Assembly: GCF_006345805.1 (NCBI RefSeq)
Contig: NC_042998.1
Coordinates: 103,974,001-104,038,000 of the forward strand
Direction: 5' to 3'
DNA length: 64,000 bases
DNA from: Octopus sinensis
Taxonomy: Eukaryota
Position numbers and translations under genes: made by a program
Shown: positions 13,846 to 29,438 of the stretch, in pieces
Layout: each line of letters starts with the position of its first letter
How positions within the stretch are numbered: position 1 is the stretch's first letter
Notes under the pieces: model-generated
The model's database searches: none
Seen by the model: only the letters and a program-made list of their open reading frames with translations
What the model was told of the DNA's origin: nothing

Positions 13846-14989
13846 TATTTGCATAACGTAATCCATTTAAATGCCACAAAAACCGTTCATTTAAACCTGA
13901 CAGCCTTTTTTTGTTTTTTTCACTTTAAGGCAAAACGACATCGCTTAAATATTTCCTGAATCCACGACCAACACACTTGCCTCCGCAACCAACACTACTA
14001 CCACTCTTAACAAATCCCCCACCCCAATAACTTGAATTAGAGGGGCAGTGGTGGTGGTGGCGGTGGTGGTGGTGGTGGTGGTGGCGGCGGCGGCGGTGGC
14101 GGTGGTAATCTTGCCAGAAGTACAGAAGACATGGTCGCGAGGGAGAAGAACGAATAACCGTTGCAGTTTCAGTCTTAAATTCTGACCCAGCATCTAAACG
14201 CGTTCCTCGGTGTCGTTTCTTTGTATACTCTAGATGTAACCCTATTGTTTGTATATTTGTGAGTGAGAGAGTATGTGTATGTGAGAGAGAGAAAGAGAGA
14301 GAGTGTGTATATTAGAGAGTATGTGTGTATGTGAGAGAGTGTGTGTATGAGAGAGAGTATGTGTGTCGTTGCATGCTTGTATTTATGCTTGCTGTGTTCT
14401 TTGTGTTTGTATGTGTGCATGTATGTATTCGTGTGTGGCTGCGTGTGTATCCGCATAGTGTGTGTTTTTCAATGCTTATGTGTATAAATATTTGTTGTTC
14501 TATCAGCGTTTGTATGTGCGTGTAAGTCTCTGTGTGGAGGGGGGCACGTGTGTGTGTACGCGTGTGAATGTGTGTATGTGTTCATGTGTGTGTGTATGAG
14601 AGAGAGAGAGAGAGTGTGTGTGTGTTGTGTTGCGCGTACGTGCGAGTGAACATTTTGTGTGTTCTTTCTTTCGTCTCCATCTTTGTTTTTTATCTTCGTC
14701 TTGTTAATGGCGGACGTTCAACGAGCGGAAATGATGACACACACATAAATGAATCAAAACACTTCTGACTTTTAGTGGTTAAAGTTTTATATCCGTATGC
14801 TGTCATTTACGATTTACTCTCGAATGGATGAGAGAAAAAGTAAAAAGTTTTGACAAGGAGCACGTAATGAAGAAAGATAGAGGTGAAGAGAGTGGTATAG
14901 AGGTAGAATAATAGAGAAACGAGCAAAAAATTGGTGACATGTAGATTGATAAATTATGAGACTAGTGAAATGTATGTGTGTATGTATGA

Positions 14990-15051
<62 letters not shown>

Positions 15052-15587
15052 TTGTGTGTGTGGACAGAGAGAAAGAAGAGAGTGATGAGATAATTTAAAT
15101 ATGGAGTTAAAGAGATAAATTAGAGAAAGAGACGGAGTAGATAAGTTATAAGACAAAGAGGGCGAGAGATCGGATATATGAGACAGATTATAAGAAACAG
15201 TGTGAAAGGGGGTGAGGATGAATAGATAAATCAACAGAAAAGAAGAAAGGTTGCGATAAAAAAAAGAGAAAGAGAGACTGCATCACTACATGAATTCTGG
15301 GAAAATTAAGCAAAAGTATGAGAGAAATTTATTTAGAGGTTGGTGAAACAGAGAACGACAGAGTGAGTAACAGAGAAAGAGGTGGAGAAGAGAGATGCGC
15401 ATGCAAAAATTATTGTTTCCTGATATACCTCTCATATCTACGTATCTGAGATTATTATATGCTAAATATCTTCAGGAACATTTAAATCTTAGATGCAGGC
15501 TGAGTTTATTTCTGTTTGTTAGTTTTCTTCAGATTATCTGGTTTCGTCTAAATTTTCATCTATTTCGATGTAGAGACATCAGATAAT

Positions 15588-15790
15588 CCTTTCTACAAGG
15601 CCTGAAATTTTGGCGAGGGGACCAGTCGATTTAATTGACATCAGTGTTTCACTGGTACTTATTTTATCGACCCCAAAATGATGAAAGGCAAAGTCGACCT
15701 CGGCGGAATTAGAACTTAGAACGTAGTAGTAGACGAAATACCGCTAAGCATTTTGACCGGCGTGCTAGCAATTCTGCCAGTTCGCCGCCT
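15588..15790 (-). mobile_element. SINE family B monomer with target-site duplication
   Basis: tagaga(g)catcagataat at 15571-15587 and 15791-15808. Confidence 0.85.
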
Positions 15791-16870
15791 TAGAGAGCAT
15801 CAGATAATGAAAATGATTCAATATCAGAAGGCCAAATGCGCCTCATCACTGTTGGTTTTATTAGAGGGCAATTACAATGATGAGTTTTAACATATTTAAT
15901 AATGGGTTTTTATTTGGGCACAAGTCTAACAATTCTGAGAGGATCACTCGTTACTATCGACTCCAGTACTTAAATGCTATTTTATTTTATCAGACTCGAC
16001 ATTTATTTTAAGGAGCAAATTTGACCTTGGCGAAATTTGAACATAGAAAATAAAAAGCGAGAAGAAATACCACAAAGCATCTCTTCTAACCCAATGTTCT
16101 AACAATCCTGTTAATTAAGGACACAGTCTTATTTTTCCGTGGAGCATAGTCATCTCTATTGACACCGATACTTAATTGCTACATATTTCAGAAGAAAGAG
16201 CGACGTAAACAGTATCCTTATTAGAACTCAGAACGTGAAATGAAATCGGTCTGCTTTTTTTTTTTTTTTATTTTATTTTAAGGGTTCTCTCTGAATTCTA
16301 ATTCTCTCAAAATATTTAATTCACGTGTCCGGAAAGACCTTTAACCACTTCGCTTTTCCAACTCTAACGCTCTAAAGCTCTAAAAGACACTTTATGATAA
16401 TTTACCACAAATTGTGAAAGATAGAAAACATTGGGCAGGTGGTTCAATGTTCAATGACACCTGCGTAGATTAAAAAAAGACCGTCACTCTGAATAATGTG
16501 AAAGCCAAAACGATGTTCATCGCTGCTATTGAAATATCTAACTGTGAAAGGTAATAGACGCTGCTTTTCTCACCAATATTGGCTCTATTATGGTGAGTAA
16601 CAATATCTGTATCTGAATCAAATGTTACAGAGAAATCGAATCCTCAGAAGCATCAACCCTTTGAGAGTAATATGATTATAAAAATATAACCTTACAAAAA
16701 TAATCAATACAATAAGATCAATACTTCTAATACAATAACAAGACTGATAATAATAAAATCCCAATCATTGTCACATCTGCCAATATTATTTTAACACCTT
16801 CACCACTATTATGACTAGTAATTACAAACTTTCTCTCATACTTTCTCGCACTCTCTCACATACACCCACA

Positions 16871-17266
16871 TGGTAAGTAGTTTGCTTACCAGCCACATGG
16901 TTCCGGGTTCATACCCACTGCGTGGCACCTTAGGCAAGTGTCTTCTACTATAGCCTCGGGCTGACCAAAGCCGTGTGAGTGGATTTGGTAGACGGAAACT
17001 GAAAGAAGCCCGTCGTATATATGTATATATATGTATGTGTGTATATGTTTGTGCGTCTGTGTTTGACTCTCCCTCCCCCCAACATCGCTTGACAACCGAT
17101 GGTGTTGTGTTTACGTACCCGTAGCTTAGCGGTTCGGCAAAAGAGACCGATAGAATAAGTACTAGGCTTCCAAAGAATAAATCCTGGGGTCGATTTGCTC
17201 GACTAAAGGCGGTTCTCCAGCATGGCCGCAGTCAAATGACTGAAACAAGTAAAAGAGTAAAAGAGT
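16871..17266 (+). mobile_element. SINE family A, near full length
   Basis: tRNA-like head (tggtaagtag...ggttcatacc), internal (TA/TG)n, tail gtcaaatgactgaaacaagtaaaagagtaaaagag. Confidence 0.9.
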
Positions 17267-19626
17267 ACACACACACACACACACTCTTTCTTTCTTTCTC
17301 TCTTTCCTTCTCTCTCTCTCTCTCTCCCTCTCTCTCTCTCTCTCCCTTGATGTGTATGGCAGAGTTTTACACATGTGTCCTTAACACATGCCCCTTGTAA
17401 GTCTTTCTTTGAACCTTCTTCCTTTGAGTTACGACATCCGCCACTTAAGCCTTCTTCTTGATGTCGTTGTGACATTGGGCGCATTTTGTACATTTTTAGA
17501 TCTGGTAAGGCTCATCGCCGTACAAATCTAAAGCCAGACAATATTTTTCAAGAAAAGGGAGGGAGTGAGAAAGAATAAATGGGAAAAGTAAGCCGTACTT
17601 GGCTAGTACTTTACAGACTACGAAATGATTAAAGGCAAACGTGACCACAACCGGCATTAAACTTAGGCATTTAGAGAGCAAGAGCAAAAACTCAAGACTA
17701 TCTTACGCTCTAACGTCTCTGTGTATGCGCCTGCTTATATATTACTGCTTATATCTATGTTCACGTGTGTATATATGTATGCGCTCGTGTGTAAAACCTT
17801 GGATGTGCGCTGGCGTATGTGTACATGAGCGTATGGTATACATATACATATAAGTGCATGTATGTGTGTCTATGAGAGTGTTTTTTCTTGGGTGTTTGCG
17901 TGTGTGAGTGAATATCTATATAAGGACATGTATATGCTTTTGCGTGCTTCCATTTGTGTGTGTATGTGTATAAGCGAGTGTATGTTGCATGTGTGAGTTT
18001 CTTTGTGTGCTTATGCGCGTGTATGTGTCTATGATTGCTTGTTTGCGCTTGGTCTTTGTGTATGCATAAATTTATAACAAGGCATATGTGCGTATGTTTG
18101 TTGTAGTGCGTATCTGTGGTTGTGTATGAGTATGTGCGTATGCGTGTACAAGAATTTGTATGCGTGTTTGAGTATATGTGTGTAAGTGTACGTGCAAGTA
18201 CACTTCTGTGTGTATGTTTGTGCATCTTTGCGTCTGCTAGTGTATGCATTGTGAACATGGTTATATATATTTGCTTGTGCGTGTGTGTAATAAACACGAA
18301 ACAGATGTTTCTCTTCAAATATCAGACCAGTAAATTTGTGATTTGAAATCTGCAAATGTCTAACACCGTGAGACATTAATAGAGTCAGTAAAACGTCATT
18401 TATCAAGAGTTCCACATTTGCTAGGAGTCAAAAAATAAAAGCATTATGTGTGTTTCTGCTTTTTTCAACATTTGAAATTGTGTCGTGTGCTAGAAAAACA
18501 TAACTAAATGCATTAGTGGTTTCGATGGAAAATTGTAAAGGACAAATGACTAAATATAAAAAAGAAAAACAATTACATGGAAATGAACATCAACAATAAG
18601 CCAACAAGAATGACAACAATCACAAAAGAGTATTAATAAAGTCAATAAAGAGAAATCAAATATAGAAATATAGAGGAGATTAAATAAATTATAGGAATAT
18701 AGTGAGAAATAATGTGATAAAATGCAATAGAAACGATGAAGCATGTTTGAATATGATCACACGCGAGACAAAATAGAAATACGATGATTTAGAAAGAGTG
18801 GAAATAGTAAAAGTATGAGAGAGAGAGAGAGAGAGAGAGACTGGGGAAGAAAACACAGAGAAAGTGGTATAAGTATTGAGGGGATGAAAGAGGTATTGTA
18901 ATATTACAGAAAGTAATTGAGTAAGAAAGAGACAGAGTGTGTGTTGGAAGAAGGGACGGATAAAATAACAATTTTATAGGAATAAGGTAAAGAGGTGGTT
19001 TGATAAACTACATTTAATGTGGAAATGTTAAAAAGAGTTACAAATACTGAGAGAGGATAGATAAGAAAATGGAAAGAGTATATTATAGGATAGAAAGAGT
19101 TATATTAGATGAAAATTGTCGAAATGAAAAGTGAGAGTAAAAAGTGAGAAAAATATATTGATATGAATGATATCAGAGGCGGAAAAAGTGGATTGTAGTA
19201 AAACAAGAGAAAGAAATTATTCGCAAAAGTGAGGCACAGGTATATATGTATAATATTATATTGGAGAATGAGTAAAAACTAAACAACCATTGTATATAAT
19301 AGGAAGAATGCAAATATTGTCGACATTTATAGAAAATAGATACAGGAACAAAAAATGATAATTTGGCGAAAAATGTTTGAGCAAGTAGAAAAGAAATAAA
19401 ATTGAGTAATAAATAAACAAATAAATAAATAAATGAATAAATAAATATATAAAGATACCTGGTGAAAAATCAGCAGAAGAATATATGTGTATTTATAAAT
19501 ACCTGCTAACGTATGATACCTGTTTCATTTGAGCCCCCGCACTACGACGTTTGTTGGCATTAGTAATCGACTTTGTATATAACTTTCTAAGTAAAACACT
19601 GTTATACACATAACATAATCAATGTA

Positions 19627-20858
19627 TCGGATTGGCAACTAAGTTCCAGCCGCTTTTTTTTAAATTTTGGGATTTATTGCGTTTTAAAAGTTTGAAATCT
19701 ATTTTTTTCGAGAATTCTATTTTTGAATCAGTTTGAAATCTATTTTGTTTTTGTTTTTTACTAGTTAATTTTAGTTAATTTTTGTTTATTTTCAGATCAT
19801 TAAAATGGAATGTCAAGTTAAGAAAAACGAGCATTTTCGACACCTCCTTCTTACTGTTTTTAATCAAGGTTCTAAGGCCGCAAAAGCTGCTCGCGATATT
19901 TGTGCTGTGTATGGAGAGGGTGCTATAGCTGAAAGAACCGCTCGTTATTGGTATACCAATTTCCAGTTGAGTTCGACGAAGAGTGATTAAACCAACTTTT
20001 GCACGAAAATTCTCGTCAAATGACAGAGGACTGGCAGAGAAAAGGGGATGCTCCCACACTGCTATAGAGATGGGAAAGATTCAGAAGTATGGAGCATGGC
20101 TTCAGCATGCTTTAAGTGACAACAACAAAAATCAACGAGCCACATCTCCGCTGGTTTGCTTGCTCGTCACCGCCCAACTCATGGACACAAGCAACGATTT
20201 CTTTACCGAATCGTTACTGGTAACGAAAAATGGTGCCTGTACATCAATATGAAGCAGCGTAAGGAATGGCTTAGCCCGGTAAACAAGCGACACCGCGCGT
20301 GAAAGAAGATTTTCCTCCGCATAAAATGATGTTGTGCGTATGGTGGGACTGGGAAGGGATTATCCCTTATGAATTGCTTGAACGGAACAAAGCGGTCAAC
20401 GCGGAACTCTATGTTCAACAGATGGAACGACTCAACACGGCTATTCAAAAGAAAAGACCTAATCGGCAGCATGGGATTCTACTGCACGACAACGCCCGCC
20501 CTCATATCGCCAATATGACTACGAAAGCCATTCAAACGCATGGCTGAGTGTGCTGCCACACCCGCCGTACTGTCCTGATTTAGTACCAACATATTTCCAC
20601 CTCTTTCGATCTCTTTCGAATGCTATGAGCGAAGTTTCGTTGAATACTGATGCAGAATTGAGAGCTTTGTTTGATCAATTTTTCGAGTCAGAATCGGGTG
20701 ATTTCTACCAACAAGGTATTGAAAATCTTGTTGAACGTTGGGAAGAAATTGTAAACAACAAGGGTGAATACATTATTGATTAATTAGTTGTTATTTGTTA
20801 TTAAACCTTTAAAAAAAATTAATTTAAAAAAACGGCGGGAACTTAGTTGCCAACCCAA
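19627..20858 (+). mobile_element. Near full-length mariner (DD34D-type) transposon, pseudogenised
   Basis: TIRs tcggattggcaactaagttccagccg / cggcgggaacttagttgccaacccaa with TA flanks; MECQVKKNEHFRHLLL, IVTGNEKW, KMMLCVWWDWEG, LLHDNARPH, PHPPYCPDLVPTYFHLF; frameshifts. Confidence 0.92.
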
Positions 20859-20929
20859 TAGTTATTTCCTATAACGTTATGATAGGAATATTTATTGAGA
20901 TTACTTTTGAAGGGAGACTTATGATATAA

Positions 20930-22645
20930 ACTACAATCCTAGTTTTACAGTTTATTTGTCGGTTTATCCTACACACTATGCAGTTGCCATACGTACAGGA
21001 GCTTCTTTCAGATATGTTCTACAGATCAGGGATTTCATGGGGATCCCTGGCCTTTCAGCTACTTTAATCTGTAGATTCATCTTATCTATCCTGATGTCAT
21101 CACTAAATTGTTTAACAATCGCTAGTAAACCCTTGAGTTTTTGGTCATTTTTTTGTAAATGAGATGATTTATATTTTTATCAAACATTTTATAACCGTAC
21201 TGTACATCATTGAGCAATTTCGAGAGGTATTAAGGCTAGACAAAAGAAGAGTGGTGATAGTGAGTCACCCTGGAAAATGCCACGTGAAATTCTTACATCT
21301 CCAGCATTTAGAGATTCATTGACGCTGTTCAAAATCAGTGTGGTTCTCCATGATCTCATACTTACAGATAAAAAGTTTCGCAGAGTAGGCACTATTTTAT
21401 ACATTTCCAGACATTTCTTAATCCAGCAATGTGATAGGCTATCAAAAGCCTTTTTATAGTCTATCCAGGCTATTGATAAGTTTTTGTGTCGTTTATGACA
21501 ATCTTCTAAGATCATCTTATTGATGAGTAGCTGATCTTTACAACCATAAGATCCACGTTTACATCCTTTTTTCTCATTAGGGAATTTGCCACTTTCTATT
21601 AAAACACTATAGGTATATTCAGTTAGAACAGATGTTAGCGGTTTATACATTGTTATCCTTTCCTGGAAACTTCCATTTGCTTGACTTCCTGAGAGCAGAT
21701 CTTATATCTTCTATCTTGACACCCTCCCATTGCTATGCGGGCAGCTTCAGCACGTACCTTTTGTTTGATGGTTTCAATGATGGTATCAATATCAAATATG
21801 GTTGTCATATTATATTTTTTCTTTAATTTTGGGGTCTGTGTAGGTTTGATAGTCCTGTAAAACTTAAGGTTTTTTTAAAACATTCTATGTCAGAGCTATG
21901 TATCTTAATTTGGTGTTAAATACGCTCTTGTCAAGAAGGCTTTTTCTGGGAATGTTGTCGTTTTCTAATCTTTTCACCATATACAATCCTTGAGATTTTC
22001 GCGGATGCATAGTACAGATAGTTGAGATCTGTAATATTAACATCATTAGCTGAAATTATATCCTTAAGTGCAAGGCGGATTTTACCAATTATTTTCAGGT
22101 TTTGGTTAGAATTGCGAATTCTTGGGGGAGTATCGCGTTCATTTATACTGGTTTCTTTAATTTTCAGCCATTCAGTGATTTGATTTTTTAGATCATGTAG
22201 TTCTGTTGGGTCAATTTCTGTGTGACTTTCTTCATCTATTTGATTTTTATCTGCCTTAGTGTTTATGGTTGCTTCAGAGAGCAGTTCACTTTGTCTATCA
22301 GTTACATTAACTCTTTCAATCATTACTGCATTTTCATCAGCTCTGGGCTGGTTTATAATTATTTCCTCTGTAGTATCTTCTTTAGCTGCAGCTTCGTTCC
22401 TTTTATCCTTTACTGCTTGTTTAATTTGGCCAGTCTCTACGTCAGTTAGTAATTTCTTTTTCATAATGTTTCTTGACACTGGCAAGTTTGTTACTATCTA
22501 TGTAGGGTCTTACTTCAAGGTGTTTCTGTCTCCAGTTTAAGTAGGTTTGTACAGTATTAGATTTATTGGAAGCGGGGGGGGGGGAGACATGGTATGGTAA
22601 AATGCCATAAGAACTTCTTTATTATCTTCTCTAAACCAAGTTTGT
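20930..22645 (-). mobile_element. R4/Dong-type LINE, 5' region and RT, deleted and pseudogenised
   Basis: KGCKRGSYGCKDQLLINKMILED..IAWIDYKKAFDS..RGIFQGDSLSPLFFCLALIPL; N-terminal TWFREDNKEVLMAFY. Confidence 0.9.
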
Positions 22646-23827
22646 TGTTGTTGTTGTTGTTGCTATTATTATTATTAACACCATCATCATCATCATCATC
22701 AATTAGTTTATATTAGATAACGTGGTTGCTGATTAAGTTGATTAAGTATTAATGTTTCTCTGCTGAAAATTACAGCACATATGAATGGAATTACTACTTC
22801 ACTATAGTTTTCTTTTTTGGAGAAACTGTTAAGCATGCCCTAATACGAACTAGAATTGTTACCCAAATATTTATATAAATAGTTATTGAGCCAATGAGGG
22901 ATCACCCGACACAAGAAATAGCGATTAGACTGCTCTCAAAATACACCCTCCTAAAAGAAGGACACATTTTATATTATTCCTAAAAAGATAAGTGGTTGGT
23001 CGATAATTGAGTCTTTTTACTTATAGCTCCCTTCAATCAATTAACTCGAAATAGTTTAATGTAAAAGGTAATGTCCCTTTGCCCGTTAACTTAAAACGTT
23101 CAATTAAATTAAATTCTGTTAAAGTAGGTTTTCCAGTTAACAACACCGGTAAAACATTTGAAGAATGGTGTTCCAATTTAGGCACAAAACACAGTTTTTT
23201 TTGTAGAGATAAGGAGTCAATTTAGTTGAGCACACCATTTTTACTTGAACTAACGTTATTGAACTTGAAAATGAAAAGAGATTCGAATGTGTTCCTCTAT
23301 CCTTTCGTTGCCGTTTCTTTCCGGTAATTTCTGAACACAAATTATACACTATCCATTTTGCCAATAATTTCTTTAGTTTCCACGAATATGTACCGTAATT
23401 CTTTAATATTTATTCAAAACCCGTCCACAATTTTCCTATTGTCTAACTTTAATCCACAGTAAAAACTGCCAATTTGGCGAGTCAAAAAAGACAACAATAG
23501 ATTAATGCCAAATAAATAAACAAATATTTGCCGCTCAATGTCAGAAAAAAAAAGGCCAAAAATTTTAATTCAAGCTCTTCAGACTATACGTAAAGGAACT
23601 TATAAATTTATTCCTGCTGAAAGTGATATTTCTGTATAACGGAAAGTATATAATTAAAACGTTGTTCTCATTCGGGAAGAATTATCTTAAATACTTCATT
23701 TATGCTTAACATGCATTAACAGAAAAATTCGAATACCATGCAAAATAACACATACACACGCATACACATATAGATACATACATATACATGTATACACATA
23801 TTATACATATATATATATATTATATAT

Positions 23828-23923
<96 letters not shown>

Positions 23924-24229
23924 TAACATAATAAATGGGTCTATGTGACTCATTAAGCTTAATTAGGAGAATTTCATATAGTTGTTATCATACTAAATTT
24001 CCAGTAAGACGAACGTTAGAAATGTGTGCTCTCTTAGTGCCCGCCTTCTTCATTCGATTTCTCTAATTTGCTCTTTGTTTCTTCTTGTATATATAATATG
24101 CACATACCCACACAAATCACGCACAAATGCACGCACAAATACACACACACGCACGAAGAAAGTCTTACATATATTGCATGAATAGATACATATGTATGTA
24201 TGTATGTATATACATCTATCTATTTATCC

Positions 24230-24282
<53 letters not shown>

Positions 24283-24287
24283 AATAT

Positions 24288-24328
<41 letters not shown>

Positions 24329-24679
24329 TATATATGGAATATAGAATTTTGGAATGAAGGTAGACCGATTATTTTTCCAGATATTGATGGCCTAGCAGAA
24401 GCTGTTTATATTAAAACATCCTCATTAAATACTTACAGTTAGTTGTTTTGTTAAACTTGACGATGTTTTAACTCTGCTACTCAAGAAAAAGTATAATTGA
24501 TCTGTGTTCCATCCAATAACATTTTCAAAATTCTGATACAGCAGGCAAACTGAATTTAACTGTTTTTGGTGGCTAAAATGGTTCGTTTGTGATATGATTA
24601 CTCCGAGAATGAAGAAAAGTGAACGTCCTTTCTTAATATGAAACGTACGCTCAAGTATAACATTTTAACTTTATAGTTA

Positions 24680-25022
24680 AAGGGTAAATACCACACCCTG
24701 TTGGGTCATGAGTGACCATGGGATTGCAACTAGAAATTCCCTACCAAAGCACATGTCTGGGCAAGATTGTTTATGGAAGACCAGTAGTCACCCATACATA
24801 CCAACCTCCCCTTTCCGCGCCATTGATGTTATCCAAGAGAAAGCCAAAAAACCGATACAGCTTAGCACCAGTGACGTCGCAACACATTTCTACAGCTAAG
24901 TGAAATGAAGCAACGTGAAATAAAGTGTCTTACTCAAGAACACAACACGCAGCCCGGGACTCGAATTCACTACCTCATGATTGTGAGCCCGACACACTAA
25001 CCACTGAGCCATGCCCCTTCAC
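24680..25022 (-). mobile_element. SINE family C, full length
   Basis: Colinear with 42400-42712 and 60024-60338; reverse tRNA-like head ggactcgaattcac...ctaaccactgagcc. Confidence 0.85.
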
Positions 25023-25479
25023 AACTTTATAGTTATTAGTTTAATTAATGATTAAAACATAGGGACTCGTTTTACTCAAGGAATTAAGTCTCCATATAAA
25101 GCCTGTTTATTTCACACGAAAAAAAAATCAAACTATGACCTCGAATGTCCTCTCGAAGAAATTTCTTGTTTCCTGTGTTCTTGATTTGTTCTGGTAATAT
25201 GCAGGGGATATGACACAAAATAATAGAGAGTAGAGAAAACAAGCTTTTATAGGATATGAATTATATAGTGAACCATGTCACATCTCTGCTCTTAATTGTC
25301 GCTGGGAAAGTACCATAGCGATTTCACAATGTTGAAGTTCCAATGCGTTCAATTAAACATTTGTTCTCATTGACTTGATTTACTATTGCATTTAAAATGC
25401 TTCTATAAAATCCCTGATCTGTAGAACTTATCTCTTTGGTAGATCCCCATGTACATAGAACAATTGTATTGTATGTAGG

Positions 25480-26090
25480 ATGAACCCACAGGTTAACTGT
25501 AAGGTTAGGAATATAGTGTATAGCTTACGATGTTCTGAGGGACGGTGCAGAAACATGACAACTACTTACAATGGAGAGACAGCGCGCAGCTTAGGGGAGC
25601 GTACAGGTTACTACTGGCGGGAGCTCAAAGAAGAGAAAGGCTTGTCAGTGCTCTACCAACTTGCTCAAGCAGAACACAAAGGCTCGGTTACTAGCATAGA
25701 GGTTAAGATATTATCAACGCATAGAATCGATACGACACTTAGATCACAAATGCTACACACAGCAATAAACAGACCGAGCCTCAAAAAAAAACACGAATGA
25801 AACGATAGAACTCACCACCACTCCACACATGACTAAAGACAGAAGGGAGAAAAGAACAGATACAAACTGTGTAATACACACACAATACACAAGTATGCAC
25901 AAATATACCTATGACAAATAAAAGAAATAGAGAAAGATAATAAAAAACTAAACAAAAAACTGTATAAAGATCACAGGACGCAGCAACACAGATCAATGCA
26001 GACTCTGTGACGAGGAATTGGAATCTGCAGAACATCTCTGGCTGAGATGTTCGGCCCTGATGGTGGAATGCTATAGCCATTAACTAGGGA
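25480..26090 (+). mobile_element. Penelope-like element: GIY-YIG endonuclease remnant plus 3' tail
   Basis: CKVRNIVYSLRCSEGRC...YNGETARSLGER; tail includes a 9-bp hairpin at 26030-26052. Confidence 0.75.
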
Positions 26091-27003
26091 CTACAGTGGA
26101 TGATATTATTCGTCACTCTTCCGCGGCTCTAGCGCTTCTGAGAGTTAACCTCAGGCGCTTGAGGTGACCAAAAACAACAGCAACAGCAGCAACGGAGGAG
26201 GGGATAGAGCTAAGGGGAGGATCATAGTGCTATTAAGAACATTGACACACACACATGTACACACCCGCGCACACACATGTATACACACGCCCACACACAC
26301 ATGTACACACACGCACATACACATGTACGCACACGCACACACAAATACAGACGCAAACGCATGCGCAAATAAGGATACACATCACAGAAGCACATAATGG
26401 AATATGCGGAGCAAGAGCACACGCGAAAACGGAAAGTGTCGCAGAAGAGGTCATAAATGTGTAACACAAAATTTCCAAAACAGAATAAAGACTGTAATAA
26501 ACGACTGAAGAACGAGTATATAGTGCGTGTGTTTATTTGGCAAAACAAAAAATTACCGTCCCGAAATACAACAATATCTGTTTCAACACAGGATTCCACA
26601 TCAGGAATCTTGCAACACAAATTCCTAAATATAAATTTGTGTGGCAGCTACGGTACACGGGCTGTTCGGGCTTCGCTCGAGTATAAATTTAGTAGAGTGA
26701 ATATGTATTTTCACGCTCATTTAATTTTTGCCAACACTTACTTCAAGTATGCAATTGCAGTCAATAACTCGGGTTCCTTTTATTGAGCCTTGTTGCTGTT
26801 CATTTATTTTCTTGAAACAATAAATTTCTGTAGAAATTAGGATTTCAATTCCAATCTCTGAAAAGTTTCCGTTCTACAATATTCGTAAAAGAACGAAAAT
26901 TTATCCAGCAACTCGGACTAATACGAACGAGCCTGGTAGGTGTATCTCTTGTCAAGAGTATAGGCGACAGTCAAATCACCGATGTTTGTTGTGCAATATA
27001 GAT

Positions 27004-27044
<41 letters not shown>

Positions 27045-27764
27045 TAAGATATCTTTTTCACTCTCTCCATGAACCGAATCTATTTTCCTTCAATCTTCTT
27101 CCCTCTACACTGTTCCCCCACTCGCCCATTTAAAAAATATTTCTCTGATTTAGGTTATGTATTTGTTTCAAACAGATTTTATCTGACCGTCTCCCTTCCT
27201 ATCTTTACTTTTTCCTCATACTTACACTTTGATTTGCACTTACCCTCCCTGTTATACTCTTTTTTTTTACCAGAAATAAACCGAAAACTTTAAACTCGCA
27301 TCGTAATACCAATTTATGAAATCTCATACACATTCCAGATATCTATACTACATAAGTATTAATACGCACTTGTGAAAGTACTTCTGTGCAAATGGAGGCC
27401 TCTTAGCAAGCATGTATATAGGTATAGCGATAGTATTCTATTATATCTATTATGAAAAGGTTTCAAGATTTTTAACAATACTATAAGAAGTAACAACAAA
27501 ATAATTTCGCGAGAAATGGAAAAATAATAATATAGAAATTGATATATTGCAATGAAAATGGGATAGTGGTTGTTTCTTACATGTGTGAGTATGCGTATTC
27601 GTTGGAGATAGACTTACAAAAAATGCAGTAATTTACTTAATATACAGTAACAACTTAAATATAGTAAAGCAAATGTAATAGCTACTACACCGAGAGCTAT
27701 GCACACATTCAAACACACACAGATATACTGTCATATATATATGTAGATATATGTATTTATGATA

Positions 27765-27812
<48 letters not shown>

Positions 27813-27940
27813 TATGCATAATTATGATATTACACCACACACACACACACACATGCACACATGCACACACACACACGCGCACACACATACTCATACAAGT
27901 ATATGCATGTATACGTGTATGTATATCTCTGTGTGTCTGC

Positions 27941-27973
<33 letters not shown>

Positions 27974-28593
27974 GGTGTGTGTGTGTGTGTGTGTGTGTTT
28001 ATAATTGGCGCGAGTATAGGTATAGAATATAATTTAAGGCAGGGTAAAAAATATATTTCAATGCCTGATATTCATACAGACACGTGCACACATACACATA
28101 TACAAATATTCATATGTATGTATGTATATATATATATATATATATACATGAATACATGCATTCATGTATATACATACATATGTACATATATATATAGACA
28201 TATATACATATACATATATATATGTATATATGTGTATATATATGTATATATATATATATATATGAATACATACATTCATGTATATACGTACATATGTACA
28301 TATATACATACATATATTTATATATATATATATATATTATATATGTTGTATATATATATGTATATATATATATGTATATATATCTATATATGTGTATATG
28401 TATATATATTATATATATATATATATATGTGTGTATGTATATATTATAACAAAATATAGATATAAAAGACTTAAAAGAATAGCGTTTTTTTCCCACATCG
28501 TAATACACGCGCACACATACCCACATGTATGGGAGTATACACGTATATATGTGTGTGCGTGTGTATGTCTATATGTTTGTATTGAGAGAGTGT

Positions 28594-28635
<42 letters not shown>

Positions 28636-29084
28636 CATATTTCATGTAACGTGCGTATTTTTGTGTGTGCATCCATGTGAAATTTCTTTCTTTCTCTGTG
28701 TGTTTGTGTTTTATGAATACATGCTTGCAAAATGGAAGGGATACAGAAAAAAAAAATTAACTGAAAACAGGAAACAAAACGAAAACATGGAAGGTTGCAT
28801 AGGAGCGATGAATAAAAAGACAAGAAATAAATGTTTGAAAAGCTTGGCAAAAAGTTACATGAAAATGAAAGAAATAATTTTTTTTCTTGTTATGTTTAAA
28901 CATAAGAACAAAAACACCAAAGCATGGTAATTTCAGAAAGTTCTAGAGAAGTTCATTTCACGCAAAGAAATAGAATGAACTACACAGTAATACACACACA
29001 CACACACACACACGTATACATGTGTGTGTGGGCGTATGTACGTGTGTATGTGCGTGTATGTGTATAAACATATATGTATGTATC

Positions 29085-29131
<47 letters not shown>

Positions 29132-29396
29132 TAAAGGATCGTGGGTAAGGTCAAAACAATGCAAAATACTAGGCAAATCACATATACGATATAGCTGCTG
29201 AATTTTATTATTTATATGTATTCCACACACACACAGACACACACTTACATGTATGTATGTATGTCTATATGTATGTGTGTGTGCTTGTGCGTGCGTATGC
29301 GAACGCACTGACATATATATATATATATACACAGACACCCACATTCACACGTACATATACACGTATACACCCACCAAACATACTGCGAACGCACTG

Positions 29397-29438
<42 letters not shown>

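Noticed and set aside
14041-14157. Poly-Gly terminal exon (RGSGGG...NLARSTEDMVAREKNE*)
   Set aside because: Weak acceptor, and GGT/GGC tracts are common non-coding repeats here.
23538-23639. 33-aa ORF resembling a kinase C-lobe (IRKGTYKF..DIS)
   Set aside because: Short, ends in a stop, lacks good splice sites and has no neighbouring kinase exons; likely chance.
26052-26095. CTGATGG...CCA TTAAC as a hammerhead in the Penelope tail
   Set aside because: Both core strands deviate (A9G, no GAAA).
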